38,690 nt of DNA, from contig CAZKIJ010000002.1 in NCBI GenBank assembly GCA_964552895.1, positions 1-38,690 of the forward strand, written 5' to 3'. Origin of the DNA: an uncultured Candidatus Saccharibacteria bacterium. GTDB taxonomy: Bacteria; Patescibacteriota; Saccharimonadia; Saccharimonadales; Saccharimonadaceae. Below, piece by piece: positions 34,785 to 38,690 of this stretch. How positions within the stretch are numbered: the first letter of the stretch is position 1; the number at the start of each line of letters is the position of its first letter. The position numbers and the translations under genes are program-made. The notes under the pieces are model-generated. The model made no database searches and was not told the DNA's origin. It saw nothing but the letters and a program-made list of their open reading frames with translations.

Positions 34785-35987
34785 CTATGCCGTCTGAACG
34801 GTTGTTTGCTGATACTGTGAGGTATCAGCAATGTGAGCCACCACTGATGCGGAGGCCTGACGCTGCTCAGTACGAGCAACGTATTGTTGCTTCTTGCGGT
34901 CGTTGCGTTCCATTGCAAGAACAGTGAAAGCACGTCCGAGTTCGGACACACCATACAGCATTCTTTCATCAAGAGATGCCTCGCTGATCTTGCTGATGTT
35001 GCGGAAGTTTCCGCCCCCCTTGATGTATTGGGAAAACGGAACCAAGGCGATCTGCTTAGGTGGAACACCATAGCGGTCAGCCATTTCGTAGTGCGTTTTG
35101 AGATTGTACTCTCGCTCCGGAACACCGTCGATGACGATGAGCACGTGCGAGGCGACTTTTCCATCGTCATTCCGCAGGTTGAATGGCGTGTAATTCAGAG
35201 TCTTGCTGATTGCTTCAAGTTCTTTGGAGCTTTCAGCCAACCCCGGTGTAACAACCACATCTGCCACGTTGACGAGTCCTATCGTTGCGAACCGCGTCTC
35301 GCTGGCACCGGGTTCGGTATCAGCGATGAGCGTATGACAGACTTTTTTGGCCTCTTCCGCCACCATGATGGTGTCGTCTTCATCCATGAGAATCCCGCCT
35401 TCAGCAGGAATTACCATGACGCCAGACTCGGCATCGAACGCAGTCATTTGTGAAATGAACTGGTTCTGAGGTGTCCATCCTTGGCTTAAGCGTTTCGCCC
35501 AGGCCGCTCCACCTATAGTATGACGATGTGCATCGTCAAGGTGGAGTCTCATCATCACGCCTGGATTGCTCTGATCGGCATCGTAAATGATGACGTCGTG
35601 CTTTGTCTTTTTCAGGATGATTCCCAACAGTGTGGCGATAATGGTTTTACCAACACCACCAGCGGCACCTGCAGTAACACCAGTCGCGTTTGAGGCGGCA
35701 TAGTTACTGAGGATAAACTGAACGTTTTCCTGATACGCCTTCTTGTAGTTGATGAAGACGGGAATTGGTCGCTGAAGTTTTTCCCACAGTGTGTAAAACC
35801 GTGCGTAAAACCACCACCGACGTGAATAACCGTACTTCGCAGCGATCTTTTCGCTGTCTTGAAGCCAGATGGGTAGTTCTTGTACCCATTTCGGCCTCTC
35901 TCCTTCTTCCCGACGTCGGAAACGCTCGGGAGGACGTTCTCCAAGGCGCTCGATGCGCTCGGTATGACTGCTTGAGTTTTCACTCAT
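34785..35987 (-). CDS. ParA/MinD/CpaE-superfamily ATPase with a ~100-aa Arg/Glu-rich N-terminal extension
   Basis: GAAGGVGKTIIATLLG P-loop followed by VIIYDAD (switch I-like) and LIADTEPG (Walker B-like). It is the first gene of the co-directional block. Confidence 0.65.
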   Translation of the reverse strand: MSENSSSHTERIERLGERPPERFRRREEGERPKWVQELPIWLQDSEKIAAKYGYSRRWWFYARFYTLWEKLQRPIPVFINYKKAYQENVQFILSNYAASNATGVTAGAAGGVGKTIIATLLGIILKKTKHDVIIYDADQSNPGVMMRLHLDDAHRHTIGGAAWAKRLSQGWTPQNQFISQMTAFDAESGVMVIPAEGGILMDEDDTIMVAEEAKKVCHTLIADTEPGASETRFATIGLVNVADVVVTPGLAESSKELEAISKTLNYTPFNLRNDDGKVASHVLIVIDGVPEREYNLKTHYEMADRYGVPPKQIALVPFSQYIKGGGNFRNISKISEASLDERMLYGVSELGRAFTVLAMERNDRKKQQYVARTEQRQASASVVAHIADTSQYQQTTVQTA

Positions 35988-36142
35988 TTTAAACCCCTTC
36001 CATGAGGTATAGTCAGACTGTTAAGGAACTAACTCGTTTCGCCATTTTGTTGTTTAACAAAAGGCAGACCGGGTTCTTCCCCGGTTTATATTTTGAAAAA
36101 ATTCAATATATATATCGAGAAATAACATTGGTACGAGGTGAT

Positions 36143-36170
36143 TCCCGGCGTGATTTTCACCACGCCGGGA
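36143..36170 (-). other. perfect 10-bp GC-rich hairpin 3 nt after a stop codon
   Basis: TCCCGGCGTG-gtgaaaat-CACGCCGGGA on the minus strand with no T-run. A weaker ACCGGG/CCCGGT hairpin follows. Confidence 0.7.
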
Positions 36171-36173
36171 CGC

Positions 36174-36896
36174 TCATCCTTTCCGTTGTCGCAAAATTTC
36201 TATTACTTTACGTTTTGACCGTTCCTTTCCAGGGGTAAGTGCATTCACTAATTGCTCGCCATCTCTTACGTGCACGAGTCGGTGAATTTGCTGATCATTT
36301 TGTGCCGGTGTATCAAGTGATACGACCCAACTGTTCCATCCTGGAAGGAAGTTCCAAAATGAAGCATAGTATTTCTCGACTTGTACTTGTTCTCTTGGAT
36401 ATTTGAATCTGGAACCAAGCAGACCAAGCGCCAATACACGGGGTACGTAATCGGTAAAGTAGTCCTCATCGACAATGGGGCGCGCAAACTTACCAAGCAC
36501 AAATTCACGTGACCAATACCATAGCGATGCAGTGAGTAGAACAATGCTTATGAGTATGACGGTCGATGTGGCTTGTGGTGAATACGCCACCGTGACTTTG
36601 AGCGCTGCAACCGCCAGTACAACCACGAGCGCGACGATAGACGTCGGTAACCAGATATATTCGATGATACGAGTCCAAAAATATGGCTTGTCGTATCGTT
36701 CAAGTACCTCTGGATGACGCATAATGAATTCCGACGCTTCTTGTTCAAGCCGTGCGTCTTCCTCTCGTCGGCGTTGTTCCGCGAGAAGAATAGCATCTGC
36801 GTACAGCTTTATTTGATGAATATCATCGGGGCCGTACTGGCTCAGGTCAAGTTTTGACGAGTGAATGTCGGGTAGGTCTTCAGGGATGTTATCCAT
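36174..36896 (-). CDS. 2-TM membrane protein, possibly with a bacterial PH (bPH_2/DUF304-like) C-terminal domain
   Basis: ATG 36896 has AGAGGA 4 nt upstream. The ORF-track TTG at 36953 has no RBS. Acidic/coiled N-terminus, TM hairpin, ~110-aa C-terminal domain. Confidence 0.55.
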   Translation of the reverse strand: MDNIPEDLPDIHSSKLDLSQYGPDDIHQIKLYADAILLAEQRRREEDARLEQEASEFIMRHPEVLERYDKPYFWTRIIEYIWLPTSIVALVVVLAVAALKVTVAYSPQATSTVILISIVLLTASLWYWSREFVLGKFARPIVDEDYFTDYVPRVLALGLLGSRFKYPREQVQVEKYYASFWNFLPGWNSWVVSLDTPAQNDQQIHRLVHVRDGEQLVNALTPGKERSKRKVIEILRQRKG

Positions 36897-36963
36897 GGTG
36901 TCCTCTGTCTGTTCGGATCGGAAAGCGAATACTACTCGCAATATTATTCGCAAGTCTAACTAT

Positions 36964-36992
36964 TTTATACACCTTTTTCAATGTTTTTGCAA
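36964..36992 (-). promoter_or_regulatory. sigma70-type promoter TTGCAA-17-TATAAA
   Basis: Minus strand -35 at 36987-36992, -10 at 36964-36969, 17-nt spacer. Confidence 0.5.
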
Positions 36993-37085
36993 ATACCTCT
37001 AAGAAGTGATATAGGCCATATTTTCTAATTTGTCGCTTTTAAATTAATAAATTAGTATTACATGTCATAGAATCTAAATCTAACT

Positions 37086-37442
37086 CTAACTCATTCCCCT
37101 TTTTCGTCGCCATGCAACCCACTTTTCGAACACTAAAGCACCATACGGTACCACGCTGATCAATTCGGCAAAAATGAAGCGCCAGACGCTCCATTTCAGG
37201 GGCCGATGGGCGAAAATAACGATAAATAAGTAAAAAAGATATAAAATGCCGTGAACACTTCCGCCGATCGCAATGTAATATCGTGCGGATGGCCATCTAA
37301 ATGTAACTGCGGCGATCCCTATCAGTAACAACGTCCAGCCAAACGTTTCGACAAAAGCCGCTAAACGAAACAACATCCAGGCCTCTTTTTCAGTAAATAT
37401 ACCATCCAGGGCGGCATATGCCCGGTGCGCAATGTTCTTCAT
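37086..37442 (-). CDS. DUF3817-like integral membrane protein
   Basis: Four TM helices with FRLAAFVETFGW...GSVHGILYLFYL...SVVPYGALVFE resembling the DUF3817/YdzA family pattern. Confidence 0.6.
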   Translation of the reverse strand: MKNIAHRAYAALDGIFTEKEAWMLFRLAAFVETFGWTLLLIGIAAVTFRWPSARYYIAIGGSVHGILYLFYLFIVIFAHRPLKWSVWRFIFAELISVVPYGALVFEKWVAWRRKRGMS

Positions 37443-37460
37443 CGTTCTATAATATCAAGG

Positions 37461-37661
37461 ATGAAGCATAAAAAGCGCGGCCCAACTCATCCACTGCTCC
37501 CAAATAAAGCTGAATACTGTTATGTCGACGGCAAGAAGAAGCGCAAATATAAGACAAAACTAGATGCCGAATTATCTGCACCGGTGCATGATCTTCATCA
37601 ATACGTGTGTGACTATTGCGGTTTTTGGCACAATGGAAATTCGAGTTTAAAAACCCGTTAA
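37461..37661 (+). CDS. small basic protein with a CxxC motif (66 aa)
   Basis: TATAAT at 37448-37453 sits 7 nt before ATG 37461, so the ORF-track start at 37425 lies upstream of the promoter. Lys-rich. C...YVCDYCGFWH suggests a zinc-ribbon-like fold. Confidence 0.45.
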   Translation: MKHKKRGPTHPLLPNKAEYCYVDGKKKRKYKTKLDAELSAPVHDLHQYVCDYCGFWHNGNSSLKTR

Positions 37662-37943
37662 TTTTTTAATCTGTGCTCGTATAATGCCTATTTCTTTTTC
37701 AGTCAGCGTGATGGCGGTAGCACCAAGAAAATGAGCAACAGTTCTCTCAATAAAACGCGGTGCTTGACGTCGATCAACACCATAGGTATTGATAAGCTGC
37801 AATACAGAATCAGCGGCTACAATGCCGAGCCGAGTGGGATAATCGTCGACTTTTCTTGTAAAATCTGGATCAGAAATCAACTCCTGCAACCCATGTGGAT
37901 GGTCCGGTGAATTGATATATGTTTGTGGGTCAATTGGTCTCAT
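37647..37943 (-). CDS. hypothetical protein (98 aa)
   Basis: Intact ORF with plausible composition. Its 3' end overlaps the convergent small gene by 15 nt. No family recognised. Confidence 0.5.
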   Translation of the reverse strand: MRPIDPQTYINSPDHPHGLQELISDPDFTRKVDDYPTRLGIVAADSVLQLINTYGVDRRQAPRFIERTVAHFLGATAITLTEKEIGIIRAQIKKLTGF

Positions 37944-38099
37944 GATGTATATAGTAGCAGATGTGAAACAAAGGGATAGATAATAGGAATTAGAGTAGAA
38001 TATAGTGAATTGGTGGTCGCTATTAATTATTTTAAAAATATCTGTAAACTTGGCATCACTTTTGTCACTGTGATTAAATCTTATTCAAACATGGCTACC

Positions 38100-38195
38100 G
38101 TTGCCCAACCCTTCACGTGAACATGCTGGTTCTTATGGCCGGGCTAGCAACTACACGAATCTAGTTGTTAGCCTGACCATAGTTTTACGGGCAAC
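38100..38195. other. extended imperfect hairpin / structured intergenic element
   Basis: ATGG-ccg-GGCTAGCAACTA / TAGTTGTTAGCC-tga-CCAT (38135-38180), enclosed by GTTGCCC (38100-38106) / GGGCAAC (38189-38195). Confidence 0.6.
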
Positions 38196-38274
38196 CAGGC
38201 AATATATATCATACACTTTTTTTAGGATAAAACAAATTGTTTATATTGTTGCCGTTTAGGAAGTGCACAGAACT

Positions 38275-38690
38275 TTACAACGCCCCACTTACTACTAATT
38301 CGTCTGTTGATCCATCTGCATTAAAGATAATTAAAGCCCGACCCTTAACTGTTGAAGACATTACCTGATTATAGAAATTAATGACATTATCTAAAACACT
38401 TGTATTGTCATTTTTGTCATTAAGTCCTAGCCTCTTAAGTACATCTGCAACCTCTTGATTAATATTTACTGATAACCTCGACTGTGGTTCTTTATCTTCA
38501 GTAGTGTTAAATGTATAAAATAATGGAATTATCTCAGAACCTGATTGTGTTTGCACGTGGAATTCACCACCATTAGTAAAATTTTGCATAGCAAAATCAT
38601 AAATAGCAACAGCTCGTCGAATGTGCTCAGTAACCGAAATTGGGAACATTGTTCGTAACATTTCTAATTTTTGAGCATTCTGTTTAGATA
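38275..38690 (-). CDS. hypothetical protein, AT-rich gene, probably 5'-truncated by the window end
   Basis: The frame upstream of Met 38661 stays open to the window edge. A 60-nt hand count gives roughly 35% G+C, visibly lower than the neighbours. Confidence 0.5.
   Translation of the reverse strand, partial: SKQNAQKLEMLRTMFPISVTEHIRRAVAIYDFAMQNFTNGGEFHVQTQSGSEIIPLFYTFNTTEDKEPQSRLSVNINQEVADVLKRLGLNDKNDNTSVLDNVINFYNQVMSSTVKGRALIIFNADGSTDELVVSGAL

Noticed and set aside
34391-35170. 178-aa plus-strand and 169-aa minus-strand ORFs overlapping the secretion genes
   Set aside because: These are shadow ORFs in alternative frames of the small 2-TM gene and the ParA-like gene. Their composition is skewed (Arg/Ser/Thr/Pro-rich), they have no RBS, and the recognised motifs lie in the other frames.
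29191-36170. GC-rich perfect hairpins (29193-29226, 31542-31567, 36143-36170, also 15499-15539) as one REP/MITE-like repeat family
   Set aside because: The stem sequences are unrelated to each other and no shared flanking motif is visible. I treat them as independent gene-end structures.
36897-36953. TTG-initiated 19-codon extension of the 2-TM protein
   Set aside because: It has no RBS and starts only ~4 nt from the predicted TSS. The ATG at 36896 has an AGAGGA RBS.
1-38690. CRISPR arrays, tRNA/rRNA genes, transposases, integrases
   Set aside because: Reading all intergenic regions revealed no regularly spaced direct repeats, no cloverleaf-like GTTCGA/TTCGAATC T-arm contexts outside coding regions, and no recognisable DDE or tyrosine-recombinase ORFs. 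This was done by eye only, so tRNAscan/Infernal/CRT should confirm it.

Overview
Dense bacterial chromosomal window using the standard genetic code, with about 45 protein genes. I found no rRNA, tRNA or CRISPR array by eye. It falls into three blocks.
(1) 1-13.7 kb, housekeeping and regulatory genes: Nramp 3' end, greA, an OmpR/HisKA two-component pair, an HxlR regulator, an AI-2E permease, cysS, a DHH/DHHA1 phosphoesterase, recR, ybaB, a GT39/ArnT-like membrane glycosyltransferase, dnaB and dnaX.
(2) 13.9-24.8 kb: the normally contiguous secE-nusG-rplK-rplA-rplJ-rplL cluster is complete on the minus strand but split into four pieces by unrelated inserts. The inserts are a thyX / dcd-tmk dTTP module plus three hypotheticals, a DUF2384-like protein plus an FAD-linked oxidase, and an 80-aa ORF. 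rplA carries a ~100-aa N-terminal extension and has its own promoter and an L1-site-like leader.
(3) 24.8-38.7 kb: a GT2 glycosyltransferase, an orphan PAS histidine kinase, a YgjP-type metallopeptidase and a P-loop kinase-like protein. These are followed by a compact minus-strand operon (29.3-36.0 kb) that I read as a minimal monoderm-type type IV secretion-like apparatus. It encodes a ParA/MinD-like ATPase, a small 2-TM protein, a polytopic VirB6-like protein, a VirB4 split into a TM+N-domain gene and a separate Walker-A ATPase gene, and an M23 wall hydrolase. No coupling protein, relaxase or integrase is visible in the window.
Gene content and style suggest a reduced-genome, Gram-positive-type organism, possibly Patescibacteria/Saccharibacteria-like; this is inference only. 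Several genes look leaderless, with TGnTATAAT 6-9 nt before the ATG. All family calls come from motif recognition by eye; no searches were run.
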